Assembly: GCA_025355955.1 (NCBI GenBank)
Contig: JANXYP010000200.1
Span: forward strand, 16,125-80,124
Length of the DNA stretch: 64,000 nucleotides
Origin: Chloroflexota bacterium
GTDB taxonomy: Bacteria; Chloroflexota; Chloroflexia; QHBQ01
Direction of reading: 5' to 3'
Both the position numbers and the translations under genes were made by a program. The notes beneath the pieces are model-generated. The model made no database searches. It saw nothing but the letters and a program-made list of their open reading frames with translations, and had not been told where the DNA came from. Positions 18,780 through 28,012 of this stretch are shown piece after piece. The stretch's first letter is position 1. Every line of letters begins with the position of its first letter.

Positions 18780-19610
18780 TTGTCAAATCAGAAGTCAAGC
18801 AATAGGGTTGCACGGGTTTGGGTTGGCCTCGCGCTAATTAGTGCGGCGCTGATCATGTCCGCTTGCAGCAGCGGCGGTACCGCCGCACAACCGGGTCAGG
18901 CGGTGGTGTCCCAACCGCAGCCGCAAACGGTAAGCTCGAACAATCCACCCAAGGTAGCTACTGCCTACCGCCCCGGTGGGCAGGCTACCCCCCAGCCTCC
19001 CATCGTCATTCCACCTGCCCCCGCCCTGCCCCCCAGCAGCGGCACCATCCTACTCGCCGATAACTTTGCCAACACCCTGATCAGCAACTACACCATTGTT
19101 GACATTGGCGCTGGCTCCGATGCCCTCCCCTCTAGCTGGCAGGTGCAGAACGGGATGCTCGCCCAGAATGGCGATAGCGACGGCAACCCTGCCTTCTACG
19201 ATACCTACGCCCTCACCGGCGATGCCGCCTGGACCAACTACAGCGTGGAGGGCGAAGCCTACTCTGGCGGCAGCCCGTTCGGCCTGGTAGCTCGCTACTC
19301 GAAGGCCGGTTTCTACCGCCTGCGGGTCAATCGCAGCACGGTCACGGGCGCGGGCTGGCTGCTACAACGCTACGACAGTGGCAAGCAAGCCTACACCACC
19401 CTTGCCAGCGGCGCGCTCAATAGCGGCTACACCGTTCAGCAGTGGAATTACCTCAAGCTGACGGCGCAGGGCAGCACGATTAGCGTAACCATCAACGGCC
19501 AGCCCACGGCCAGCGTCAGCGATGCCACCTACGCGGTGGGCAGCGTTGGCTTCTATGCCGAGGCTAGCGGGGCGCGCTTCAGCAACCTGCGCGTCAGCGC
19601 ACTGCAGTAG
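18780..19610 (+). CDS. Lipoprotein with a ConA/DUF1080-like domain (copy 2)
   Basis: Paralog of 14714-15562; lipobox MSAC; AGGAGG RBS with TTG start. Confidence 0.8.
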   Translation: MSNQKSSNRVARVWVGLALISAALIMSACSSGGTAAQPGQAVVSQPQPQTVSSNNPPKVATAYRPGGQATPQPPIVIPPAPALPPSSGTILLADNFANTLISNYTIVDIGAGSDALPSSWQVQNGMLAQNGDSDGNPAFYDTYALTGDAAWTNYSVEGEAYSGGSPFGLVARYSKAGFYRLRVNRSTVTGAGWLLQRYDSGKQAYTTLASGALNSGYTVQQWNYLKLTAQGSTISVTINGQPTASVSDATYAVGSVGFYAEASGARFSNLRVSALQ

Positions 19611-19633
19611 AATTGGAGAGGAATAGCAACCTA

Positions 19634-22096
19634 ATGTATAAAGCTAAACTTGCCAGCCGCGCAGTCGCCGGTCTGGTTGCAATATCCCTGCTAATGACGG
19701 TGGGCGTTACCTACAGCGCTGCCCAGCCGGTCACGGCAACCAATAACCCGCCCGGCCCGTCCCAACCTGCGGTCAAGTCGGGGGCGCAATCCGCCGTTAA
19801 GTCCGGGGCGCAACCTGCATACACCAATGTGCAGTGGTCGGATGCCCAGAACGTATCCGGCGGTAGCGGTGAACTCTACCCTGGCCTGGCGATGAACGGC
19901 GGCGAAGCCCAGATAAACTTCAAGGGCGGCTCTCCCCAGGAGATTTTCGAGTCTTATAGCACCGATAACGGTCACACCTGGTCTGGACCCAGGTATCGGG
20001 GCTGCGACGGTGGTGCCGTGGCAGGCTCGACCGCGCCCAGCATTGCTGAAGACATCCACCTCAACGTCTATATGGTGTGGGAAGACTACTGCGGTAGCAC
20101 TCGCCAGTTGTACTTCAAGAAGTACGATGTTATCACCAACCAGTGGCTGGCTACCCGCCAGATCGTCAGCTCCAACACTAATGGCGGTTCAGTGGCGGTT
20201 GGCGCTGATGGGGTAATCCACATCTCCTTCATCAATGTGTTCGCCAGTGGGAGCAGCGGCCAGGTCGAGTACATCTACTCCACCAATGGTGGCAACAACT
20301 TCAGCAGCCCCACCGTTCTTAGCGACAGTAAGACCTGGGTGGTCACCACCCACGTTGCGGTGGACACCCTCAACCGCCCCCACATCGTCTACGACAAAGG
20401 CCCCAGTGGACGCTACAGCATTATCGCCAGCGATCTGATCAATGGCGCATGGCACGCGACTTCGATATACAGCGGGCGCGGTTTTTGGCCGAAGATTGCC
20501 GCTGACCACAATGGCGGCGTGGGTGCGGTCTGGCAGATGAACGATGCCGGGGTGCAGATACTCTATAGCCATTTTGATGGCACCAGCCAGCAGTGGGATG
20601 GGGTTCCCACCCAGATTTCGGTTGATAGTAGCAACAACTATTACCCTGCGCTCACCTACGACAACCTCGACGATGCCTATGTGGTTTGGGGTCAGAGCGA
20701 CAGCAGCCCCGGCTCTCAGCATCTGCAGTTCAGCTACGAGTACAGCCCTGGGGTCTGGAGTCCCGAGATCAACCTTCAGGGTACCCGTACCAGCGTGCCG
20801 GTGCTGGCTAACTACAACAACAATCTGACGCTAGCCTACCAGTTCGACGGCACAGGCAACTGGGGTATCTGGTCCAGTTGGGCGCAACTGTCGCAGCAGA
20901 CTAATACTCCGACCAACACCCCAACCAATACTTATACGCCCACGCCCACCAACACCCCCACCAACACCCCTACCTTCACGCCGACGTTTACGCCCACCCC
21001 TTGCGCTGACGGCTCGTTGTTCGCCGATGTCTGCCAGGGCTACTGGGCTTACCCCTACATCCAGGCACTGGGGCTACGCGGTATCGTCAGCGGCCAGGGC
21101 GGATACTACTACCCCGGTCGGCTAATCACTCGCGCCGAACTAACCGCAATTATGGTGCGTTCGCAGAGCTGGTCGCTGATTACACCGCCGACCCCCAGCT
21201 TCAGCGATGTACCAATTAGCTACTTTGCCTACAGCTACATAGAAACCGCCCTTGCCCATCACGCGATCAGCGGCTACACCGACAACATCAGCTCGCATCC
21301 CTGCGCCGATGCTGGCGTGGGTTCACCCTGCTTCCTGCCCAACAATTACGTGAAGCGTGATGAGACCACTGTGATCATCGTCAGGGCCAGCGGCTTCCCG
21401 CTAATCACCCCGCCGAACCCGAGCTTCACTGACGTGCCGACAACCTACTGGGCGTACAGCGCAATCGAAACCGCGCACGCTCGTGGCATCGTCTCCGGTG
21501 TAGGTGGTGGCCTGTTCCGCCCCGGAGACCACGCCAAGCGCGATCAGATGGCGAAGATCGTATACCTGGCCCTGCCCGCCATCACTAGCATCGTTCCCAG
21601 TTCGGCGCAGGCAGGTAGCAACACCCTGGTGACCATTACTGGACGCAACTTCGGCGACCCCCAGACCATCAGCAGCACGCTGCAGGTCAATGGGATAACC
21701 ATGACGATCGTCAGTTGGCACGACACCGTGATTAACTTCACCATTCCAGCTAACACGCCGTCCACGCCGAGTCCGGCAACCATCAATTTGACCTGGAACA
21801 ACAAGCTAGCCTTCATTGAGAACAACACCACCTTCACCGTGCTGCCCGCGCCGACCGCTACACCAGGCCCGCCGACCAGCACACCAGGTGGCCCCACCAA
21901 CACGCCGCTGCCGACCGTTACCAGCACGGCAACGGCAACGGTCACACCGGGCGGCCCAACTAACACCCCGCTGCCAACCGTTACCAGCACCGCAACGGTC
22001 ACACCGGGCGGCCCAACTAACACCCCGGTAGCTACCAACACGCCGCTGCCGACTACGACCGCAACCGCAACCCTTGCTGCTGAACCGAACAAGTAG
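19634..22096 (+). CDS. Secreted BNR/Asp-box propeller + 3 SLH + IPT/TIG protein
   Basis: Paralog of 15586-18063; PAITSIVP...VTITGRNFG..IVSWHDT.I IPT/TIG motif; C-terminal PGGPTNTP repeats. Confidence 0.85.
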   Translation: MYKAKLASRAVAGLVAISLLMTVGVTYSAAQPVTATNNPPGPSQPAVKSGAQSAVKSGAQPAYTNVQWSDAQNVSGGSGELYPGLAMNGGEAQINFKGGSPQEIFESYSTDNGHTWSGPRYRGCDGGAVAGSTAPSIAEDIHLNVYMVWEDYCGSTRQLYFKKYDVITNQWLATRQIVSSNTNGGSVAVGADGVIHISFINVFASGSSGQVEYIYSTNGGNNFSSPTVLSDSKTWVVTTHVAVDTLNRPHIVYDKGPSGRYSIIASDLINGAWHATSIYSGRGFWPKIAADHNGGVGAVWQMNDAGVQILYSHFDGTSQQWDGVPTQISVDSSNNYYPALTYDNLDDAYVVWGQSDSSPGSQHLQFSYEYSPGVWSPEINLQGTRTSVPVLANYNNNLTLAYQFDGTGNWGIWSSWAQLSQQTNTPTNTPTNTYTPTPTNTPTNTPTFTPTFTPTPCADGSLFADVCQGYWAYPYIQALGLRGIVSGQGGYYYPGRLITRAELTAIMVRSQSWSLITPPTPSFSDVPISYFAYSYIETALAHHAISGYTDNISSHPCADAGVGSPCFLPNNYVKRDETTVIIVRASGFPLITPPNPSFTDVPTTYWAYSAIETAHARGIVSGVGGGLFRPGDHAKRDQMAKIVYLALPAITSIVPSSAQAGSNTLVTITGRNFGDPQTISSTLQVNGITMTIVSWHDTVINFTIPANTPSTPSPATINLTWNNKLAFIENNTTFTVLPAPTATPGPPTSTPGGPTNTPLPTVTSTATATVTPGGPTNTPLPTVTSTATVTPGGPTNTPVATNTPLPTTTATATLAAEPNK

Positions 22097-22119
22097 CAGC
22101 CAGGCAAGCAAGCAAGAAG

Positions 22120-22155
22120 ATGCGCCCCACCAGCCGATCGGCTGGTGGGGCGCAT
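22120..22155. terminator. Perfect GC hairpin between convergent genes
   Basis: TGCGCCCCACCAGCCGATCGGCTGGTGGGGCGCA followed by TTGTTT. Confidence 0.75.
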
Positions 22156-22252
22156 TGTTTATACCAATTGGTTAAGGCGATAATGGTTTACCATAGGGGC
22201 GCACGTCGTTGCAACCCTACGGGTAAATCCACTGAGTTATCAGCCAGTCTAG

Positions 22253-24391
22253 TTATTGCGACGGCAGCACGTAGCGCAGCACACGGCCAATCCAGCCATC
22301 CCAGCCGACCACGAATAGGAAGCCGAGCAAGCCGCTAACCAGCAGCCAGGTGCGCCAACCCCGCTGCCCCAGGTTCAGCGTAACCCCCTGCCTCGCGCCT
22401 GCCCAACTTGCGGGCAGCGCTTGCGCCAGCCTAACCAGCGCGTAACCCGCCAGCAATCCCAGCAGTGGCAGGGCGAACAGCATATGGCGCTGCAAGAGGT
22501 TGACCTTCAGGTCGACCACGCTGAAGACGGCGAATACCCCGGCCCATGCGATGATGATCGCGAGGCAGAAGCGGCGCACACCATCATTACTTATTGCGCT
22601 GCCCACTCGCCTTGCCAGCAGCAGGGCCAGGCCACTGAGGGCGAGGATGAGCGGCCATGCGGTGAAGTGCGCCCACACCTGCGGCCAAAAGCCGGTCAGT
22701 GGCGGCGTTCTAAAGAGGCTAGCATCCTGTCCCACCCCACTGCCCAGGTGCGCGATAATCGCGGGCAGCGAGATGGTTAGTATCGGCCAGACGTAAGCGC
22801 CATAGTAGAGGAGCGAGAGCGCCGCACCCACCCCGAACGAGGCCAGTAGCGGCCAGAGCGGAAAGCCAAACCCGCCCCGCCGCCGCATCACCAATACGAC
22901 TACCAACGCCAGACCCACCAACATCGCCATGAACAGGGCGATGGCGGTATGCGAGGTGAGGGTGAGGGCGGCTAGTAGGCTGAGGATCGCAAACGGTAGT
23001 GGCTTGTTCGCTCTGTCGGCGAGACATACCCCTGTCATTATGTAGACCACTGCCAGCCAGCCACCCCAGATGTAGGGCCAGTTGCCATCGCTGAAGTGCA
23101 GATAACTGAGCGGGGCGAACAGCGTGATTGCCGCCGCAATGATGCCCGCCTTTCCGCTGCTCAACCCCCGCTTGGCGATGGCATACAGCGCAAACACGAT
23201 CGTGCAGGTCAGCGCGGTCAGCGCGGTGTTGCAGGCAATCACCAGCCGATCTACATGGGTGGTGGGCCAGAGCAGACCGAACGGCACGAACAGGTAGTAG
23301 GCAAACGGCGGGTAGGGCAGCGGCACCGGCAGGTTCCATTGCCCCACAATCGAGAGTTCGCCACTGGTTCGCACATCGCTGTTGGCGGCGGCGCTGCTAA
23401 CCCGCTGGTACTTATCCCAGAAGGCGGCGGGGTCGGCAACCAGTTCCTGCACCTGGTGGGCGCGGAAGAGATGGTCGAGCATGATAAAACGGGGATGCAT
23501 CATCCCGCCCGCCTTAATCGCGAAGGCCAGCAGGAAGAGTAGCATCAGCCAGCGCAGCGCGATCGCGCCTGGCCTCGCCCCCAGCCGCGTCAGCGTCCAG
23601 GCAACCAGTGGCGGCAGTAGCACAGCCATGCCATAAACGCACAGCATCACCACCAGCAGCGGCAACGCGAACATGGTCAGGTCGTAGCGGTCGTAGACCA
23701 GCGCTGCGGCGGTGAGTAGCATCAGCGTCGCGCCACCCGCCCACGCGGTTCGCCCAGAGATGCCAAGGTGACGGAGGGTTAGGTAGAGCAGCAGCAGAGA
23801 AAGTAGCAGCCAGAGGGTGGCGCTGATCGGCGGCAGAGTCAGCCCCTCGCTAGCGGGCTGGCTCAACCCCACCGTATCGAACACCACTCCTAGCACGCGG
23901 CGGTCGTGCGCTGGGGAGAAGGCATTGGCCGCGAAGTAGATGGTCAGGTTATCATCGAGGTTGACGCTGGCGGGGATAGTTACGGTGTAGGTCTGTGGCC
24001 CCGGCTTGGGGGTGAGGATTGCAACCACCGTGCTATCGGCGGTGACGGTCAGCACGGCGGCGGGCTGTGCAGCAGGGCGGCTGCCAATCAGCCCCAGGGT
24101 GAGTTCGAGGCGCTGGCTGCGCCCCACCCCCGGCACCACCATCAACGAGACATCCTGCGACCAGCGGAAGCTGAGTTTGCCGTTGATCTCGCCATCGTTG
24201 AAGCCGCTCAGGTAGTAGCGGTCATTGTTAGTGCCGACATCAATGCCCAGGCGTGCGCCATAACTTACCTGATAGCCTAGCACAATCAGCAGCAGACCGA
24301 GGCCGAGCAACAGATACAGCCCAGGGCGGGCCAACTCCCTCCACTCCTCACCGATCAGCGGCGGCGCGACCCGCCCATTTGCTTCGTTCAT
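22253..24391 (-). CDS. Polytopic membrane protein, GT-C glycosyltransferase-like (copy A)
   Basis: Many hydrophobic helices, extracytoplasmic GF...E...RWS domain, DH.FRAH and PYPP..Y motifs. Confidence 0.6.
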   Translation of the reverse strand: MNEANGRVAPPLIGEEWRELARPGLYLLLGLGLLLIVLGYQVSYGARLGIDVGTNNDRYYLSGFNDGEINGKLSFRWSQDVSLMVVPGVGRSQRLELTLGLIGSRPAAQPAAVLTVTADSTVVAILTPKPGPQTYTVTIPASVNLDDNLTIYFAANAFSPAHDRRVLGVVFDTVGLSQPASEGLTLPPISATLWLLLSLLLLYLTLRHLGISGRTAWAGGATLMLLTAAALVYDRYDLTMFALPLLVVMLCVYGMAVLLPPLVAWTLTRLGARPGAIALRWLMLLFLLAFAIKAGGMMHPRFIMLDHLFRAHQVQELVADPAAFWDKYQRVSSAAANSDVRTSGELSIVGQWNLPVPLPYPPFAYYLFVPFGLLWPTTHVDRLVIACNTALTALTCTIVFALYAIAKRGLSSGKAGIIAAAITLFAPLSYLHFSDGNWPYIWGGWLAVVYIMTGVCLADRANKPLPFAILSLLAALTLTSHTAIALFMAMLVGLALVVVLVMRRRGGFGFPLWPLLASFGVGAALSLLYYGAYVWPILTISLPAIIAHLGSGVGQDASLFRTPPLTGFWPQVWAHFTAWPLILALSGLALLLARRVGSAISNDGVRRFCLAIIIAWAGVFAVFSVVDLKVNLLQRHMLFALPLLGLLAGYALVRLAQALPASWAGARQGVTLNLGQRGWRTWLLVSGLLGFLFVVGWDGWIGRVLRYVLPSQ

Positions 24392-24397
24392 GTACCT

Positions 24398-24427
24398 ATT
24401 ATATAAGCCCTTCTGCATCGGTGTCAA
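24398..24427 (-). promoter_or_regulatory. Promoter predicted to give a leaderless mRNA
   Basis: TTGACA-18-TATAAT, 6 nt before ATG 24391, no Shine-Dalgarno. Confidence 0.7.
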
Positions 24428-24540
24428 TCGTGTCCGCGCCTCAATGTCTGGGATGCCGATTAAGTAATTGTTCCCCTCCCGGTGGGCAATTCTTACCCAC
24501 AAGTGGTGAAGGGCAGTAGTGGTGGGGATAAGCCCCGTTC

Positions 24541-24708
24541 GCCAAGTTACTGAGGGCTGGGAGCGTAGCTCCGAGCGGTCAAGCGCATCAATGCTTATCG
24601 AAAGCGCCTATGCGTCAACTGCGGTAAACCTTCGTCTGGGTAAGCAGCCGATAAGCCTGCGTAGCATTGCAAGCAAGGGCTGCGCCCCCAACCCCCGGTA
24701 ACTCGGCA
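24541..24708. mobile_element. Family E MITE-like element
   Basis: Imperfect TIRs GTTACTGAGGGCTGGGAGCGTAGC / GCTGCGCCCCCAACCCCCGGTAAC, related to those at 43030-43392. Confidence 0.55.
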
Positions 24709-24838
24709 CGCCGCCTGCGTTCTTGCGGCATTATACTATTGGACGTTTTTACTTGTGGGTAACAATAAGCCCGCCGGGAGGGGTTGGGGTGGGTCCGTGC
24801 CACGCTCACTAGCCGATTAATTGACCACCAGCCTAGTT

Positions 24839-26968
24839 TCACCCCGTTCCCGGCGGCAGCACGTAACGCAGGATGCGGGCAATCCAATCATCCCAGCCGA
24901 CCGCAAACAGGAAGCCGAGCAGCCCGCCAACCAGCAGCCAGATGAGCCACCGTTGCGACACTAGCTCCATCACCCCACTTTGTCGCCCTAGCTTCGCGGC
25001 TGGCAGCGCTTGGGCCAGCCGCACCAGGGCGTAGCCCGCCAGCAGCCCCAGCAGGGGCAGGGCAAACAGCATATGCCGCTGCAAGAGATTAACCTTTAGA
25101 TCAACCACGCTAAATATGGCGAACACGCCCACCCAGGCGATGAGGATCGCGATGCAGAAGCGGTGGGTGCCATCGTTGCCAGTATCGCGCCTGCGGACGA
25201 CCAACAGGGCCAGGCCGCTGAGGGCCAGGATGAGCGGCCAGAGGGTGAAGTGCGCCCCCAGCTGCGGCCAGAAGCCAGTCAGCAGCGGCACGCTGAGGAA
25301 GCGCGGATCCTGGCCTAGTCCCGCACCCAGATGAGCGATAATCGCGGGTAGTGCGACAGTGAGTAGCGGCACGACATATGCGCCATAATATACAAGCGAT
25401 AGCACTGCGCCAACCCCGAACGAGGCCAGTAGCGGCCAGAGTGGAAAGCCAAATCCGCCCCGCCGCATTAGCAGCGCGACCACCAGTGCCAGCGCGACAA
25501 ATACCACCATGAACAGAGCAATCGCCGTGTGCGAGGCAAGGGTGAAGGCGGCTAGCAGGCTGAGGATAGCGAACGGCAGCGGCTTGCCCGCCCGATCCGC
25601 GAGACATACTCCTGCCATGATGTAGACCACCGCCAGCCAGCCCCCCCAGATGTAGGGCCAGTTGCCGTCGCTGAAGTGTAGATAGCTGACTGGCGCAAAT
25701 AGGGTGATCGCTGCCGCAATGACCCCCGTTCGCCCGCTGCCCAATCCCCGTTTGGCGATGGCGTACAACGCAAACGCCACCGTGCAGGCCAGCGCGGCCA
25801 GCATAGTATCGCAGGCAATCACCAGGCGGTCGACGTGGGCGGTGGGCCAGAGCAAGCCAAACGGCACGAACAGGTAATAGGCCAGCGGCGGGTAGGGCAG
25901 AGGCACCTGCAAGTGCCACTGCCCCAGCATCGAGTAGTCACTGCCGTGGCTGCCGCCGCTGGCATCGGCGGTAGTGACCCGCTGATACGTATCCCAGAAG
26001 CCCGCCGGGTTGCTCACCAGATACTGCACCTGATGGGCGCGGAAGATGTGGTCGAGCGCCTCGAAACGGGGGTGCATCATCCCGCCCGCCTTGATCGCGA
26101 AGGCCAGCAGGTAGAGCAGCATCAGCCAGCGCAGGGCGGTCGCGCTTGGCCCTGCCCCTAGCCGCATCAGCGTCCAGGCAACCATTGGCGGCAGCAGCAG
26201 GGCCATGCCGTAGACGCACAGCATCACCACTAGCAGAGGCAGCGCGAATATAGTCAGATCGTAGCGGTCGAAGGCCAGCAGCGCGGCGATCAGCAGCAGC
26301 AGCGCCGCACCGAGCGCCCATGATCCTTGCCAGGGTACACCCAGGTGGCGGAGGGTGAAATAGAGCAGCAGCAGGGGTAGCAGCAGCCAGAGGGTGGTAC
26401 TGAGCGGCGGCAGGGTCAGCCCATCGTTGGCGGGCTGGCTGAGTTGCACGCGGTCGAACACCACGCCCAGCACGCGGCGATCGTGGGGAGGCGAGAAGGC
26501 GTTGGCCGCGAAATATATGATCAGGTCATCGGCGGTGTTGACGCTGGCGGGGATGGTGACAGTGTAAGTCTGCGGCCCAGGCTGCGGGGTGAGGACTGCG
26601 ACTATAGTGCTATCGGCGGTGACGGTCAGTACGGCGGGAGGCTGCCCGGCGGGGCGGCTGCCAATCAGCCCCAGGGTGAGATCGAGGCGCTGGCTGCGGC
26701 CCACCCCTGGCACGACCATCAGCGAGACATCCTGCGACCAGCGGAAGCTGAGTTTGCCATTGACCTCGCCGTCGTTGAAGCCGCTGAGGTAGAAGCGGTC
26801 CTCGTCGGTGCCGACATCGATGCCCAGGCGTGCGCCCGACCTTAGCTGGTAGCCGAGGGCAATCAGCAGCAGGGCGAGGCCGAGCAGCAGATACAGCGAA
26901 GGGCGGGCCAACTCCCGCCACTCCTCACCGACCAGTGGCGGCGCAACCCGCCCATTTGCTTCGTTCAT
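24839..26968 (-). CDS. Polytopic membrane protein, GT-C glycosyltransferase-like (copy B)
   Basis: Full-length paralog of 22253-24391. Confidence 0.6.
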   Translation of the reverse strand: MNEANGRVAPPLVGEEWRELARPSLYLLLGLALLLIALGYQLRSGARLGIDVGTDEDRFYLSGFNDGEVNGKLSFRWSQDVSLMVVPGVGRSQRLDLTLGLIGSRPAGQPPAVLTVTADSTIVAVLTPQPGPQTYTVTIPASVNTADDLIIYFAANAFSPPHDRRVLGVVFDRVQLSQPANDGLTLPPLSTTLWLLLPLLLLYFTLRHLGVPWQGSWALGAALLLLIAALLAFDRYDLTIFALPLLVVMLCVYGMALLLPPMVAWTLMRLGAGPSATALRWLMLLYLLAFAIKAGGMMHPRFEALDHIFRAHQVQYLVSNPAGFWDTYQRVTTADASGGSHGSDYSMLGQWHLQVPLPYPPLAYYLFVPFGLLWPTAHVDRLVIACDTMLAALACTVAFALYAIAKRGLGSGRTGVIAAAITLFAPVSYLHFSDGNWPYIWGGWLAVVYIMAGVCLADRAGKPLPFAILSLLAAFTLASHTAIALFMVVFVALALVVALLMRRGGFGFPLWPLLASFGVGAVLSLVYYGAYVVPLLTVALPAIIAHLGAGLGQDPRFLSVPLLTGFWPQLGAHFTLWPLILALSGLALLVVRRRDTGNDGTHRFCIAILIAWVGVFAIFSVVDLKVNLLQRHMLFALPLLGLLAGYALVRLAQALPAAKLGRQSGVMELVSQRWLIWLLVGGLLGFLFAVGWDDWIARILRYVLPPGTG

Positions 26969-26974
26969 GCGCCT

Positions 26975-27004
26975 ATTTTACGGTCCGGTTCATTGCTTTG
27001 TCAA
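26975..27004 (-). promoter_or_regulatory. Promoter predicted to give a leaderless mRNA
   Basis: TTGACA-18-TAAAAT, 6 nt before ATG 26968. Confidence 0.65.
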
Positions 27005-27008
27005 CCAG

Positions 27009-27953
27009 CTACAGCAGCGGGATGATCGCGTCGGCATACGCTTGCGCTCCCGAAGGGTTGGGGTGGCCCGCCGATGCCAGCAGGCAGAGAGGAATGTTGG
27101 TGCGGGTCGAGCCAGCGGCAGCGCAGGCCAACGCCCGTTGCTCCGCCACACTGGGGTCGTCGGCGGGGTAGAGCGGCGGGTTGATGGCGAAGATGAACGA
27201 ATCGGGTGCAGCAATCGCATTGGCGGGGCCGAAGCCGGGGTTGGCGAAGAAGATGCGGGCGGGGCCGCCCAGCGCGGCGTTGGCCTCATCCACCGCCTGC
27301 TGCAGCTTCAGGTTGGCCTGCTCCGCAAAAGTAAGGCAGTTCTCTATTACCCGCTGTAGTTCGGCAGCATCGGCGAAGAAGGTTCCCTCCAGCAACCCCA
27401 TCACAAACAGATAGGCGGCTAGCAGGAATTCGTCACTCTGTTCGCTGAAGATTTGGTAGTAGCCACTCACGATGATCTTCGCGTTGGCGAACACTGGCGT
27501 AACCAGGAGGGGGTTGGGCTGCGTACCAGTCATGGTCTGCAGCAGTTGACGCATCGCTAGGTGACAATAATGCTCCGCCAGGTCGCTGATGTCGTCAGTG
27601 GAGATTAGCGGATCGAGGATGTGGAACGGGCCTACATCGTTGATGCCACCATCGAGCAGGATCAGGTCAATCTCAGCGGGCGGGTCGCTGAAGGCGGCTG
27701 CCTGCTGCACGATGGTGGGATAGGAGCTTGGCACCTCGCCATCCAGCGGCGGCAGGCTGGTGGGGTCGTAAGGATGCAGCCCGATAATCGCGCCGGAGTG
27801 GGCGAGAACGGCGGTCTCTACACCGTCCACCCCTGGCTGCGACGCGATTGCTACGCCAACCAGGGTGGAGAACTTCTGCTCCTCCAGCAAACCCTGACCC
27901 CAGGTAACGGAATCGCCCAGCACCAGCATCTTGAAAACGTTTGGGTTTGACAT
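27009..27953 (-). CDS. SGNH/GDSL hydrolase
   Basis: LVLGDSV.WGQG, AHSGA, GGINDV and GHPN..G blocks. Confidence 0.85.
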   Translation of the reverse strand: MSNPNVFKMLVLGDSVTWGQGLLEEQKFSTLVGVAIASQPGVDGVETAVLAHSGAIIGLHPYDPTSLPPLDGEVPSSYPTIVQQAAAFSDPPAEIDLILLDGGINDVGPFHILDPLISTDDISDLAEHYCHLAMRQLLQTMTGTQPNPLLVTPVFANAKIIVSGYYQIFSEQSDEFLLAAYLFVMGLLEGTFFADAAELQRVIENCLTFAEQANLKLQQAVDEANAALGGPARIFFANPGFGPANAIAAPDSFIFAINPPLYPADDPSVAEQRALACAAAGSTRTNIPLCLLASAGHPNPSGAQAYADAIIPLL

Positions 27954-28012
27954 AGCCTCCTTCAGGTTTTGGGATTTGGTGTAGGGGCGAACCCTTGTTC
28001 GCCCTCACGTTG

